From NCBI RefSeq assembly GCF_004010195.1, contig NC_057753.1:5547282-5611281 (forward strand): DNA of 64,000 bases, read 5' to 3'. This DNA comes from Chiloscyllium plagiosum (lineage: Eukaryota). The notes below the pieces were generated by a model. That model saw only the letters and a list, made by a program, of their open reading frames with translations, searched no databases and was not told the origin of the DNA. Positions 22,314-36,770 of this stretch are shown one piece after another; the stretch's first letter is position 1; each line of letters opens with the position of its first letter. The translations under genes were made by a program, and so were the position numbers.

Positions 22314-24680
22314 ACCCTCCCTGCCTGTCTTCCTGTAAAAACGCGTGATGCGTACCAAATCAAGGATGGCGAGTAGATAAGAGGGGATCTTTTATTCCTG
22401 AGATATCTTACTGGTTACATTATTCCAACTCAATTGCGCATTAAACGCTCTGTGTTTTTCTTCTGTCTCATAATCAATTCCACAGATTAATTTACATAGT
22501 TATTACCGACATATGCATACATCAATCACTTAATATTAGTGTGCTATGAATCCATACCAATGTCAAATTATAGTTACAATCTAGCTAGAAACCAGGAGGA
22601 TTGTTTTGGAGCATAGCCAAAATGTGAGATCCAGGTACATAATGCTACACGATGCCATGACATTGATCAAACAATAAATGTTACTATAAAATGTGACATC
22701 AGTAATAGTCCAATACATACATATGTGTGTAATTACATGTGCAACTTGCATTCTAATACACAGAATCAACTTGAGATAAATAGAGGTAACAGTCAAGCTA
22801 TTTGAGCGCACCACAGAGCGAAAGAAAGAGGCAGTAGTGTCGTGATAATGGTACTGGACAAATAATCCAGGGTCTCCGATTCATGAACTGGTGATATGTG
22901 TCCAAATGGATGGTGAAATTGAAATGCAGTTTTTAAATTTCTGGAATAAAACAACTGGAATAATTATAATAGCCATGTAATCATTGTCAATTACAGTGAA
23001 AACGCACCTGGTTCAACATCTGGCTCATACAGTTTCATTGTGGAAATTTATTATTCTTATTTGATCTGGCTTAAAGCATGTGGTTGATCTTGAATTGCCT
23101 TCTGAAATGGCTTAGCAGGCCAATAAATTCAAGGGTATCGTCAGATAATGTTTGATCTCATTTCTGTGCCTTTTCAGTGGAACCCATCTTATTGATTAAA
23201 AGCTTACCTCGACCACGAATATGCTTAATGATTCAACCTTGACTGCTTTCATTCATAATTCCTCAGATTCTGAAGATTTCCATGCTCAAATACAACAATA
23301 TCTAGGTTTGGACTGACAACTGACAAGCAATATTTGTACCACATAAATCACAGGCAATTATGGTGTCCAACATAAGAAAGTTTCCATACAACTTTTGACA
23401 TTCAATTACATCAAAGTGTCCTATTATCAATATCACGGGATTACCATGGAGCAGATGATGAACTGAGTTATGCACATAAAATCTGAGGCAGGGAGAACAG
23501 ATTAGACGCTCAGAAAACTAATGTGAATAAATCAGTTCCTGACTCCACAAAGCCGCTCCTTCGTCTACAAGGCATCAGTCAGGTGAGTGTTGGATCACTT
23601 CCCTCGTGTCTGAATGCGTACAACTCCAGCAATTAGAGATTGAAACCATCTTGGTCAAAACAGGCTGCTTGATTGGCATCACATTCACAAACAACCACTC
23701 CCTCTACCATTGTTACTCAGTATCTACAGGATGCTCGCAGGAATTGACCATGGTTCTTTGATAGCACCTTCCAGACCCAGGACAACTGTCAAATCGAAAA
23801 AATAATGGCAGCAGATATGACCGTAGATTTGACGTCATAAGTAGCCATAAACAACAACCTCTTATTTATAGTAACTGTATTGGAGTCTGGATTGCACCTT
23901 TGGAAGTAAAAACACACAGTTATGGGTGCGATGCAGTGAACATGATACTCAAGCTAGAAGGATTAAATTGTGAGAAACCGTTTCATTTACTTCAGAAGCT
24001 TAAAGAAAGCTGATCTAATTGTGATGTTTGAAGTTATTAAAGGACAAAAATGGCAGCTACAAAAAATGTGATTTCTTCTTCTGGGGCAGACGAAAGCCAA
24101 GTAACACAACAGTAAGGTAGAGGGGAAACCATTCAGCGATGATGTCTTCAAGCATTTCATCCGTCCTTATAAAAGCTATTCAAGTTTGGGTGAATTAAAA
24201 TTAAGTTGATAGAGTTCGTTGCATAATTTGTTAAAGGATAAGGATGTAAAATGTTTGGATGCCACTTGTGATCTGTCATATTTTAGAAGTCTTAGAACAT
24301 GTTGGAAGGGCTGAATTGTCTCGTTTAACTTACGTATTTATTTGTTTTACAGGATTAGTGTAATGGATGCACAGAGACTTCTCCTGCAATACTGGGACTT
24401 TCCAAAATGATGTTTGTGGAGGAGTGATGCACAGGATTGTTGAAGGAGGACAACTACGTGTCCTTCATTGTTGCATGATTCGATTGTGTTATAAGAGGCA
24501 ATGACAGATCCAAATATTTACCACAGCGTCCATTGGTTTTTTATTATCATGCAGGCTAAATATTGGAGAAATTACTCTAATTCACATTAACCGATAGTCA
24601 GCCGCATCACATTCATTATTTTCGAAATATAACCTCTGGCTCTTCATGTAAGGCAGTGCTATGGATTGAAGTTATTCTTG

Positions 24681-26948
24681 TCATGACTTTACAAATTTGT
24701 ATATTGAATGCACGGGATATTTCAATAGAGTCATTAACTGATCCCTGAATTTAGTTTGAGTAACTGCATAAATAAATGTATTTGTGCAACAACTCAACAA
24801 CTGAAGCATATTTGCACTTTCTATGAGAATAAATTTGGGGTCACTGAAACCTTGGACTTTATAATCATTTGTAAATCGCTCATATAAGAACTGTATGACA
24901 TATGTCAACCACAAAAGGATGAAGCTGCCTGAGATGGTAAAGAGTAAGACAATGGACTTTCTCCGGCTTTCCATTTCTGGATCATTATGATTCTCTTCGT
25001 TGCTTTGGAAACGGAACCTTGTACGGGCTCTACTGGTCACTAGAATGTACCTTACGGTCAGTGCATTAAGCAAAACAATCATTAGGAATGGGAGGCATGG
25101 CGTTAAAAGATGATCAATCCAATCAAAAGCTGTCCACGCAGGAGACGTATAACGGATATTTTTAAGTTGGCAGTACCAAGGCACACTGTCCATTGTGTAG
25201 ATGGGTTCGTGTATAAAGTACCATGGGATATTGACTACAGATCCCAGTGCACAGACCGATCCTATGACGATGGCTGCTGTTTTCTCAGTGCAATATTTTG
25301 TTTTCAGCTTCTGGCAACAAATAGCCACAAATCTATCGAAGGTGAAAGTGACTGTCAACCAAACAGAACTGACTCTGGCTGCATAAGTTAATGCAATACT
25401 GACACTGCATATTGGAGTGATGGAAAGAAAACTACCTGGAAAATAAATGCCAGGAATTCTGTTCAATATCACAGCAGTGATAATGACCAGCAGATCTGTC
25501 ACTGCCATGGACATGAGGTATCGAGTAATACACCTGGATAGACCACATCTTCCTCGTGTCAGGATCAATATCGTCACTAAATTAACTGTAAAAGGGAGGG
25601 AGAACGAAATTTAGTTACAAATAAACACGGCAGTGTGCTGTAAATTCAGCAGTGATATATTTAGTTTGAAACAATGGAAAGCGATATAGTCATTCAAGAC
25701 AAAGGTAAGATGGAGAGAAATCCTCAGATGAGTGAAACACAAAGTTTGAATCCGACAGCACCAAAGTACATTGAATATATTTTGAAGATTATTAGTATAT
25801 ATTATTATTAGATTATTAGAATATGTTAGTGAATGCCAATCATGGAATGATGAATACAACAGTTTAATAGCAAACACATCCAGATTGAACAAACAACATG
25901 CGATCTAATTCAAAAATCAAGTGCAGCAAGTTAGATGATAAGAGAGAATCAGAACAGACCGTTCAGCCCATCCAGCCTGTTCTACTATTAAATTAAACCA
26001 TGGCTGATCTGTGGTCCAATTCCATATACATGCCTTTGTCCCATAACCCTTAATGGATCTGTTATTTTTAAAAGATCTCAGAGTTTAAAGTAACAACTTC
26101 TCCAGCGTTTACTGCCGTTTTTGGGAGAATATTTCAAACATTTACTGCTCTTTGCTTGTAGAAGTGCTTTCTGACATATCTCTTGAACTGTCTGCCCCCA
26201 ATTCTTAAACTATGACTCATAGTTCTACAAATGTCAACCAGTGAAAATAATTTCGCATTGCTTACCCCGTCTTTTCATGTTAACAACTTGAAGAATGTAT
26301 TCATATCACACTTAAGCTCTTAATTTCTGGAGAAGTCATATAATCTCTCCTCATAACGTACCTCCTGAAGTCCAAATATCATTCCTGTAGAACTACGTTA
26401 GTGTCTGCAAGGCTAAAACATTCTTCCTGAGGTTAGTGCCCAGATCTTCTCACAGTACTTCGTGTAAACTGTAGACTTGATTTGTATAATCTTATAATCA
26501 TATCCGTGTCCTTGCACTCTAGCTGTCTCGCTATCAAGACATGCATTTCACAAGCTTTCTTGATTATTTTCTGCACATGCTCATGTAATTTGTAAGATCT
26601 GTGCAGCTACTCAATTTTCCCTCTCAGAAACACAGAACTCACTCCAAAACATGTTCTTAGAAGTCGCTGAGGCTGTTGCCATTCTGGTGAACCTGTCTGA
26701 CTCCCACTCCATACACCAAAACTGTCTTCCAAAGCCAATAAAGCCTTGTTGAGATGGGAACTCAGTTCTAAACACAATGATTGGGCCACAATCTTACCAG
26801 AACACTAAATTTTTATCCCGATGAAGAAAAGACTTCCTCATTTCAATAGATAATGATTAATTTTCAACAGTGTTTTACCTGGGACAGCAATAACTGCAAG
26901 TGAAGTGTAGTAAATGGCATAGACGAGACCTCTGGGTGGTGAATGCAT
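24681..26948 (-). CDS. GPR139/GPR142-like class A GPCR, copy B; two coding exons (26948-26879 and 25585-24681), intact 324 aa
   Basis: Exon 1 reads MHSPPRGLVYAIYYTSLAVIAVP+G, followed by donor gtaa (70 nt). Acceptor ccttttacag precedes TT AAT TTA GTG (VNLVTIL...). 70+905=975 nt, in frame. Seven hydrophobic segments; TDLLV (TM2), TFDRFVAIC (TM3), FILLW (TM6), NTFIY (TM7). Confidence 0.92.
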
Positions 26949-27573
26949 TTTCTCCTAGATGTACGTTCAGAGTTTATATTTGATTTGCCTGATAATCAAA
27001 GGAACATTCTTATAGCTGATGTTTAATCCTCAGAGACAAAATTATAAGCTTTCACAATTGACTTTAATTGCGATCCTTGGGGGGTAATATATCAGATGGT
27101 TTTGTCATCCATAGTAGGTGCAATCGGTAAACCATAAGATGACGTTACTTCATCAGCAATATGAATGGCAGTCACTGAACAAACAATTTAATGCAGTCGC
27201 TTTTGCTTCCATTACCCAGGTAATGAATGCACTTGGAACTCAAAAAACAAAACAAAGAGGAACGCTATGTTGTCTCAAAAAATAAATTTGTCATCTAAAA
27301 ATTGTTTAACTTATATGTGACTTTACTTGCACCTCTATACATATGACCTGGAACAACACTCATGTGTCCGAGAAAACCAGTGAGGAATAACGCGACAGGG
27401 ATGGATGAATCAATGGACTATGACCTCGGAAAATAGTGCAGAGTGAATAACAAAACAGAAAACTGCCAGACCAGGCGACCCTTCAAATCCGTCCGTGCTA
27501 GCAATTGAAGTCCATTGTCAAGTTAAGGATGATGTCTCAGATCATATTTCTGCAACTGCTTGATTAATTCGTA

Positions 27574-27720
27574 AGGCAGAAGTGAGGACTGCAGATGCTG
27601 GAAACCAGAGTTTAGATTAGAGTGGTGCTGGAAAAGCACAGCACGTCTGGCAGCATCGGAGGAGCAGGAAAATTGATGTTTCGTGCAAAAGCCCTTTATC
27701 ATGAATTCTGATGAATTCAT
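27574..27720 (-). mobile_element. PLE family 1 terminus (decayed)
   Basis: aagtgaggactgcagatgctggaaaccagag..gctggaaaagcacagca..tgtttcgtgcaaaagccc. Confidence 0.7.
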
Positions 27721-30700
27721 AATCCCAGATCGAAGCGACTTTTTAAGGTCCCAAAAATTCTTCCATCATCAATCTGAGATAATTCCTCTTCTCCTTTGGG
27801 ACAAAGACACCAAGTAAATGGAAAGGTTGTGTTGTGAACAGTGGCTCTGACGTGCTGATGCTCTCCATGACATCTCATGGCTTCGTTGCAAACATGTACC
27901 AGGAAACGAACTGCAAATTACGAGCTTCCCTTGGGAAATTAAATGACTTACTGCCCGCTCCAATCACTTTAAGAAAGCAAAGGCTTTGACGAAACCGTGA
28001 TCGGGAAATTGCACTGTTTATGCCAAAGCATATCTCGAAGTTATCAATTGTAGCCGATTTGATAGAATTTGGGGTGTATTTGTAAGTTTGTTAGTCTTGG
28101 GACAGATGATAAGTGAGCCAACAGGAATAGATAAAATTTCTTCGCTTAAATCTGAGCTGCATTCTTATCTAGCAATATTGGTGCTTGGGTGATAGCACGG
28201 TCACGGGGAAGAGAGTGGTGTGAGGGGAAGTAACAAAGTTCAATCTTCATCTGAAGAAAATGTTCTACATGTTTGATGACACTCTGCCTGGGCTAGATAA
28301 TATAACTTCACGTAAGGTGTAGAAACTCAAAATTGGGCAATCGCTTGGATCGTCAGCAGAAAAAGACAAAGAAAAATCGGAATCGACTGCAAGCTGTAAC
28401 TTGTAACTTCTTTATCAGCAGTGATGTAATGTTATGAACCAGGATTTTGGAAATGCTGTTTCTAAGGTATCACCATGTGTAGCAGCAAATAGCCGCACCA
28501 ACTTGGTAAATCAACAAGCTTGGACTTCATGTGTTCATTAAAAAAAAAGGCATTTAAACAGAAGAACATTAAGATACTAGAGCCTGATCAGTTTCGGAGC
28601 TGGAGCCCATGAATTGCTGCTGAAGCCAAATTTGGGTAGAATTTTCTGGGTACAAAACAATGAGATATTTTCGCTGAATTCCATAGACATCACTTTCACA
28701 ATCTTGCGTTTCAAACCTAAGCCCCTGATTTAATTTGTATATCTAACGTACTTAACTTATTTGTTGAACTGCTTGCAGAGAATCTTTTTATCATTCGATG
28801 GCGAGTCAGGGATGGAAGTTTACAGTTACAGTCAATCTAATCAGACAGATAAATGAAATCAAGAAATCCTTCATATAAAAGACATGGAACACTCCATCAA
28901 AACTACAAAGAAATTTGTTGATTAAAACTTCGGGAGCTGAGATTAATGATTTTTTTTATGAAGTAAGGCTATAAAGAAATTTGGAAATAAAGTGGAGTGA
29001 TGTAAACGTCTGATAGTGTTTACTACGCACGACACTGTATTGTGTCCAAATTCCTGGCGAAGGCTGAGGTGTATTCTGTGAAACATTAAAAGAAAGTCAC
29101 AGTTCATCAGTGCCAAGCGATAGTCACCCAATCCAGAAATAAAATTGCAAAATAACTTACAGAATGTTCCAGTCTCCTTGTTAATCTAAGGAATCTTTCT
29201 AAGAGTCCATACTTAAATCAGTTCAGAGCAATCAGTACGGTGTAGTCATACATGCAATATGTGAGGATTAATATTTAATGTATTCATACCTGTTTCTATT
29301 TTTAAGAATAAAATCTTGGCAAAAGAAATCTTATTTAAGAACATAAAACATGAGATCATTCAGCCTGATGAACTGCTCCACTATTTAACACAATTATGCC
29401 TCGTAAACACACAATGCCACATTGTTCCTCTAACGTTCAACACAATTGGTAATCAGTCATCTATCAATGATTACTTAAACACTCTCAAATACTAAGTTTC
29501 CACATCCACCTGTGGTAGTGAATTCCAAAGGCCAATGACCATCCGAGTAAGAAAATGACTCTCCTAAGTGGTATCCATCTTATCTTAAATTGTGCCTAAT
29601 GTTATCGACTCCACGATTCGCGGGAGAACACCTTACCTGCATTTATCTTGTCCACTCCTTTAAGTATTTTGCAAATTTCAGTGAGATCACCTCTCAGTCA
29701 TTGAAACTCCAAACAATTCAGGCCCGGTTTCGCCAATCTCTCTACATTGGACAGCCCTATCTCCCTGGAAACAGATTACTACCTGATTTGTTCAATGGTA
29801 TTGATCACTTTTTATGTGCTTTAACTGCGATTGCTACTTCAGCATACCAAAGTCGAAAGATCACGTGGCTGTCTTGTTGTGAACAATGTCATTTTAATTT
29901 TTGGTACAAGGCAAGTGATCCGAATTCATACTCTGTAAGAGAATGTGAAGCAGTGTTATGTTTTGGATCCAATGTTATGCATAAGAAATAAGGTAATAGT
30001 TCAGCGTTGGATTCATCCTTAGTTATAGTGACATAGAGAGATGTGAGACTAATATAAGATGAATGCGTACCGATGTTGAGAGAGCAAAAATGGGTTTACT
30101 TCAAATTAAAGTTTAACATACCTGCAAGAGAAAGTGAGATTCTGCATTGAGTACAATGATTGTTTACGGCTTTGAGGTAAAGTGTTCACAGTTTAGAAAC
30201 GAAACTGTGCAATAGAGTGAGGAATTGGTAGTATGTTTTGCTTGAAATGTACCAGAGCAAGGGGAAAGAAGGGGCAGTGAAATACTTTAAGAATGGTACA
30301 GGCTGGAAATCTGCTAGTACAGCTGTTAAGTTATGTTGTGTTCAATCCAGGGCAAATGGAAGACATGAATTATACACAGTTATAGTGGAGAGCTGGTCTT
30401 TGCACTTTTGGAGTTAGCTTCAATTGACATAGGGATAAATGAAACAGTTAGTGGAATTAGGTTAGGATAGATACAGGGATGTGAAGTGGAAAGGCATTGT
30501 GCTATTAAATTCTGAATATTTTGGCAGATGGGGAGAGAGAAGTGTGAAGGTGGTTGTTTGCAAATGATGCAGGGCTACTTGGACAGAGTGGATTGGTTGG
30601 AGAGTGATTCAGGGATATGGGAAGGGAGCGAGCAAAGCATATAGTTGAGTGTTTTTCTTTGATGTAGACGATAACATAAATAATGTTTTCTTTATATTTG

Positions 30701-31769
30701 CTCTGTTTTCTTACTTGTCAGCGCTAATGAGCTTGCTGTCCTTCAGTTTGCTATATATCTGAGCTAGCGGTAATCATGGTAATTATTGAACACTGCAACC
30801 AGCAGTAGACAGCTTTCCCGCACAGCTATCAGTGCCAAAAGGGAAACGATGCAACCTTGTTTGCAAAACTTTGACATTTAATGGTGATAACAGGTTCTGA
30901 GGAAGTTTAGCGACATATTATTGGGACATTTGTGCCATACATTTATTTCGTGTAGAGACTGGTAAGCTACTGCAAATTCCCAAGTTGAATCTCATACTTT
31001 AACATGTGCATTCCTAAGTCATTGCTGCACTGGATGACTTCTCTATTCTTACATCAACTGACTAGTGCCCTGTAACGGGAACAACAAAAAAAGATGGATT
31101 AAACAACTGCTTTGCACAACAAATGATTTATTCTGGAAATGTCACACTGGAAGCTTTGTTTTTCAACAGAGTAATCACCCTATCATCTCATGCTGCCATT
31201 AATGAAAACACAAAGACAGAGTTGTTAGGAATTAGAGTCTATTCATGATATAAAAATTCATAGACGGCCGATATCTTAAAACATATGTAATCTTTCTTGA
31301 CTTAATAATCACGGCACATTACTTCTATATATTAATCAGTGCAAAACCAGTAATGAAACGTATTAAGAATTACTCCAGCGTTTAGTTCTGTTATTGGAGC
31401 ACCACCAGAGGAGACCACAAAGAAAACTCCAGGAACAACGTGAAAAGGTTTTTGAATGAAAGAGCAATAGTGCATACTTATTAGCGGTGATTGCGCGATT
31501 ATTTACTCAGAGAAAAGCCACACATCAATCTTTGCGTTTTTGTCATGTTACTTGCTTCCCAGAATTGCAGTTAGCGATCAATGTGGTTTTTCGCATTGGT
31601 CCTGAATGGGAGGAGGGACAGAAAACCCTTTAACTGGTGTGCAGAAATTGTACTTTACTTTCACCAGCTGGCCTCAATGGTGCACAGAGTTGATAAACTG
31701 AATGACCAGCATTTGTCGGCTGTATGGGCAGGAAGAAGGATGGGTCCATCGTCACCCCCTCACCACCCA

Positions 31770-32175
31770 ATACCTGAAGGAAGCACGCCTTATCTTCCAC
31801 CTCAAAACCCTTCAACACCAGGGCATCAATGTGGATATCACCAGTTTCCTCATTTCCTCTCGCCCCGCCTTACACCAGTTCCCACCTTCCAGCTCAGCAC
31901 CTCCCTCATGAACTTCCCCACCTGTCAATCTTCCTTGCCATTTATCCGCTCCACCCTCCTCTCCGACCTATCACCTTTACCTCACCTCCATCTACCTATT
32001 ACACTCTCAGATACATTTTCCCCAGCCTCGCCTCCTTCCACCTCCTTCCATTTATCTTTCCACCCCTGAGGTTCCCAGCCTCATTCCTGATGAAGGGCTC
32101 TGGCCCAAAACATTGATTTTCCTGATTCTCTTGATGCTGCCTGACCTACTGTGCTTTTCCAGCAACACACTCTCA
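31770..32175 (+). mobile_element. PLE family 1 3' fragment (endonuclease C-terminus, C-rich UTR, decayed hammerhead)
   Basis: Peptide LKEARLIFHLKTLQHQGINVD; cctgatgaagggctctggcccaaaac. Confidence 0.75.
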
Positions 32176-32566
32176 AGGTGGATGGGTGAGGTTTGTCGTT
32201 GACAGTCATTGCCTCAGCAATTGTATTCAGTTAAAGTAGTATGGAAATACAGATTAATGTGTTATATGCCTGAAGAAACTTCTAGTATCTGCAGAATTAA
32301 CACAGTGAGACATTTCATAGCTGCAGCTGATACCCTCCAAAAGCCACATGAACAGAGATTGACTGAGGAAAAAATTGGACGATGTTCAGCAACTACAGTC
32401 CAGGTTCAAGATGTAACAAGACTTGGATCGTATCCAGGTCTGACCTGAGAAGTGGTAAGTAACATTCACGCCACACATTCCAGACAATAGCCATGTCCAG
32501 GAAGAGACTATTAAGCCATCACCCCTTGGTATTCAATACCAATGCCACCACTTAATACAAGTCGAG

Positions 32567-32638
32567 ATCTCTCTCCCTCTCTCTCTCTCTCTGTGAGTCT
32601 GTGTGTGTGTGCGTGTGTGTGTGTGTACGTGCACGCGC
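32567..32638. repeat. Compound (CT)n/(GT)n microsatellite
   Basis: Read directly from the sequence. Confidence 0.95.
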
Positions 32639-34776
32639 ATGAGTGCTCAGGCCACATAGATCGAGACAATTCATCGAAATGGCTCACTAAATAACAATAG
32701 ATTTTTGCAGTCGAAAGGTGAATTTCCTACCTTTAAGATAGAAAGCCGAGACTTACCTGGGTATCGCCATTAGACTGGAGGGAATTATTGCAGCAGAGAT
32801 AGTTAAAGACAGATTGATAATGGTAGGTTAAACAGAAATATGTGCATTGAATAAATTGCTGAAGAGATTTAGAGTCTGTGCACGAATGAGAATGACAGAA
32901 AGTGAGATAGAGATATGTGGTCCAGAGATAGAAATTGATGTTATTTTAGATGACAAACATTTTCAACAAAAAAGACCTCAAACATTGGGCTATGTTATTA
33001 CATGTTGGTGCCTGAATATTTGAATTCGTTAAACTCCATTTTTGTGCTAAGGACCGAGTGACAGAGACCAGGTCAGAGTTTACAAGAAAACAATGAACAG
33101 AGGTGCAGATGTATCTATTGCAGAGTTGATAGTGAGAAGTGTCGGCAAGTATGAGATATAAGGATTGATGTTTGACTGAAATGTACCCTTGTGCCCAAAG
33201 ATGACTGTTCAGTTGTTGTACACTACAATCCACAGTCCTCCAGCAGAGACAGGGACCGTCATTTTCAATCTCATCGAACATTTTAATTCATTTAACTTTA
33301 TTGCCCTGAGAGTAGCTCGTGTATGGAATTAATTTCCAGAGGACGTGGTGGATGCAGGTGCAGTTACAACACTTTAGAGGAATAAATGCATGAATAAGAA
33401 ATGCTTGGAGGAACGTGGCCAATCGCAGGCAAGTGGGTTTAGTTTGATTTAGGATTATGGTCAGCATGGACTGGTTTGACCAAAAGTTCTGTTTCCACTC
33501 TGTCTGACTCTATGACTCTATATTCGATGCCTGGTCTCGCACGATTAGCAATCAACATCCAACCTGCTTTCCAAACCCTACACTATTAGGTAGAATTGAA
33601 TCAATCCTCTCTTCATGGGTTAAATTAGACCTCAAATTACTATTGATCATACATCTGAATGCACAAGGGTGTGACTTCTAATGTTAGTTTGAGAAGGTCT
33701 TGAGGACAAAATGGAATATACCAATGGCAGATTGTAAATTCCAGAAGTTGGAATCCCACAGCTCTTTCAAAATCATATATGCTAGTCTTTAATCAAATTA
33801 ATTCATTTCACATGGTAACAACAAGCGGTTGTGGATACTTGATATTGCAAAGGCAGTGCCTTCTGATAATACTGCAGTCATAGCATTGAAGACTTGTTAT
33901 CCAGAGCTTACCACACCCCTGCCGCTAGGGCATTGGTACCTATCCGAGAATGTGGAAAATTGCCTAAAGACAGAAAGCAGGGCAAATCTAAACCGGCCAG
34001 TTAACACCGCACCAATATACCCTCAATGATCAGTAAAGTCATGGAAAGTATCAAGAGCAGTGCTAAAAAGTCACACCTTACTCAGAAATAACCTACTCAT
34101 TGACGCACAGTTTGCGTTTCGCTAAGCTCACACAATTCCGGACCTCATCACAGTTTGATTCAAACATGAGCAAAACAGCAGAATTTCAGTTGTGAGATGA
34201 AAATTACTGCCCTCAACATCCGGCTGTATTTGACCAAGTAGAGCGTGAAGGATCCCGAGCGAAACTGAATTCAGTATGATTCAGAGAGAAACGTCTCCAC
34301 TGGTTGGAGACATATCTAGCACAGAGGTGGGTGTTATTGGAAGTCAGTCTTCTGAGGTCCAGCACATCACTGCAGGAATTCCTGAGGGTAGTGTCCTAGG
34401 ACAAATCACCTGCCGCTGCTTCACCAATGACCTTCCCTCCAAACATAAGGCATTCGACGACGACTGTACAGTGTTCAGCACCATTCGCAACACCTCAGAT
34501 ACTGAAGTCCAAGTTCAAGTACAGCAAGACACCATTAATATCCAGGCTTTGGCTGAAAAGTGGAAAGTCGCATCTGTGTCTCAGAAGAACTTGGTGATGA
34601 CAATCTAACTCTCCATTGTCATTCAATAGCATTTCTGTCATTGATTCTCACACAGCCAAAAACGTGGAGATTACCGTTGACCATTGACACTAATTTGGAT
34701 CAGTTTCGTGAATACAATGGCCAAGAGAGGTGATCAGTGGTCAGGAATCTTGCATTGATTAACTGACCTCTTGATC

Positions 34777-35090
34777 AGGCGGCACAGTGAGTCAGCATTT
34801 GGCACTGCAGCCTCACTGTGCCAGCGACCTGGGTTCGGTTTCAAACTTGCTCGACTATCGGTGTGGAATTTGCACATTCTCCCCTGCCCCGTGTCTGAGT
34901 GGGTTTCCTCCCGTGCTCCGGTTTCCTCCCATAGTCCAAATATGTGCAGGTTGGGTGAATTAGCCGTGCTAAATTGCTCATAGTGTTCTGGGATGTGTAG
35001 GTTAGGCGCTTTCGTCAGGGGAAATGTAAAGTAATAGGATAGGGGAGTGAATCTGTGTGGGATACTCTTCAGACGTCAGTGTGGACTTTT
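34777..35090 (+). mobile_element. HE1-like SINE (older)
   Basis: ggcggcacagtgagtcagc head and central gtgtggaatttgcacattctcccc. Confidence 0.75.
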
Positions 35091-36770
35091 CACTGATATT
35101 AGCGAGTTTTGAGAAGATTTGTTGCTCGGATATTTCAAAGAGGTTGATAAAACGAGAAATAAACACCCATCGTCATAATCCTAGCCTAAATGAGCTAATG
35201 GAATGCGAAGGTAAGTGTACATACACCATTCTGCGCAAGACGAGCTGACAGATGCTAGTCACTGAGGAGAGGGGTGACCAAGCAAAAGAGTTTGTTGAGG
35301 CCAGGAACTGAGAAACTGGACAATACCCAATTATTTCGCCTGGGGAAAGGTTCTCACAGAAACCAGCGGTGGTATGTAAAACTCGTCCGAAGCTAAGGAA
35401 GAGAAGCGGACCAAAAATATCAGTCAGCCTTTTTTTTTATCTTGTTGTGCAAAGGGACCAAGAATCTTGCCAGTGTAGTGATCGTTCCAAAAGGGATCGT
35501 GACAAAAGGACAGAGATCAGATTGTAGATATTTCTCTGAGGTAAAACGATGGAGAGACCTGAACCATGATGCCCATCTGTCCCAGATTGAAAGCAACTGA
35601 AGGCCACAAACTAATGTGTAGATTTTCAATGGAGGGATGAAGGTTTCTATGTTAACATTCAGTGTGCAAATATTTCTGAAATGGTGGGGAACAGGGAAAC
35701 AGTTTGCCATCCACAGATATTCCTCTCATAACGAATGCGTCTTTTTATTTGCTTGTGAATTTTTTTAATATTGTGGGCTAGAATGAAAAAGAACTGCTTG
35801 AAATCCGGGATTTTACAAAAATAGTTGCATACTTTGAAAACAAGTGACACCTATTGTTAAGAGTGTTCATGTGGCTGTGGGTTCCAATATTATGCAAATG
35901 AGCCAGATCCCAGGAGTTGTTTACAAATGAAGTTGATTGGTTCATGGACCAGTGACGAGTTATCAATGACAAAGATCCTCTGCCTGATAACAAACATATA
36001 ACTGGTTATTGGGTAGTTTAACAGCTTGGGCTGTCAACAAAACAGAGAGAAGTTTGCTCAGATAAAAAAAAAGAAACCAAAAGGACTGCAGCAGGCAGAA
36101 ACGCACTCTCTCAGACCTCTGCAATAAAACGCAATAAATCTGAATATTTTTTTCCGTTGACAGTCAATGTAAACTTAACTTTGAAGTGAAAAGCCAGAGA
36201 TCCTGTACACATGAACGAACTCCCCTGCGCCAGTGAAAGCATTCGGTGAAAAGAATGCCGAGGAGAAACTTCAGCATCAGCAACTACCGACCCAGAAACT
36301 TCTTGTGAGCTGTGACCCGGGAACTGTTTCCATACATGCTTTCTCTCTCTAAGCCTGTGTGTTTGAGTGCATGTGTTAGGATTTTTTTAAAAAAGAGTTT
36401 CGTGTTTTGAGTTCTCGTGTGATGCTGAAGGTGTATAATTGTTGATAAGTTACGAACATCTAATTAACTAGTAAATCTAATATAAATGCATTATGCTGGA
36501 GGATAGAAACCTGTATAGTGCTTTCCATCAAGCCAGTCCTAAAAATTAGGTAGTTTATAGCTTTGTGTATATTCTTTAAAAAAACATGAACTTTTACGAC
36601 GACTCCAAGAAGGCTGGGGCTTGATTTTGAGTGTGTTGTGCGGTGAGTGGTGACATCACTAAGGAAGAATACAAGAAACATCTATCAGCACACAGACACG
36701 TGTGTGTATATGCGAATGTAGACTTACATATGCACTTTATTTTTATATGAATATACATATGGCTTATGTA

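Larger units (their letters stand above)
15300..27160. repeat. Segmental duplication unit B (interrupted by the Gypsy element)
   Basis: Shares the GPCR exons, intron ends, flanks and old LINE fragments with unit A in the same order and orientation. Confidence 0.9.

Noticed and set aside
16137..22320. TSD for the Gypsy element
   Set aside because: The flanks (gtcc vs accc) do not match convincingly.
24681..25577. Single-exon 298-aa GPCR as in the ORF track
   Set aside because: Its start is a GTG inside TM1. A canonical acceptor and an in-phase upstream exon complete TM1.
24681..26948. Assigning the symbol GPR139
   Set aside because: Family-level resemblance only; tandem paralogs argue against 1:1 orthology without a phylogeny.
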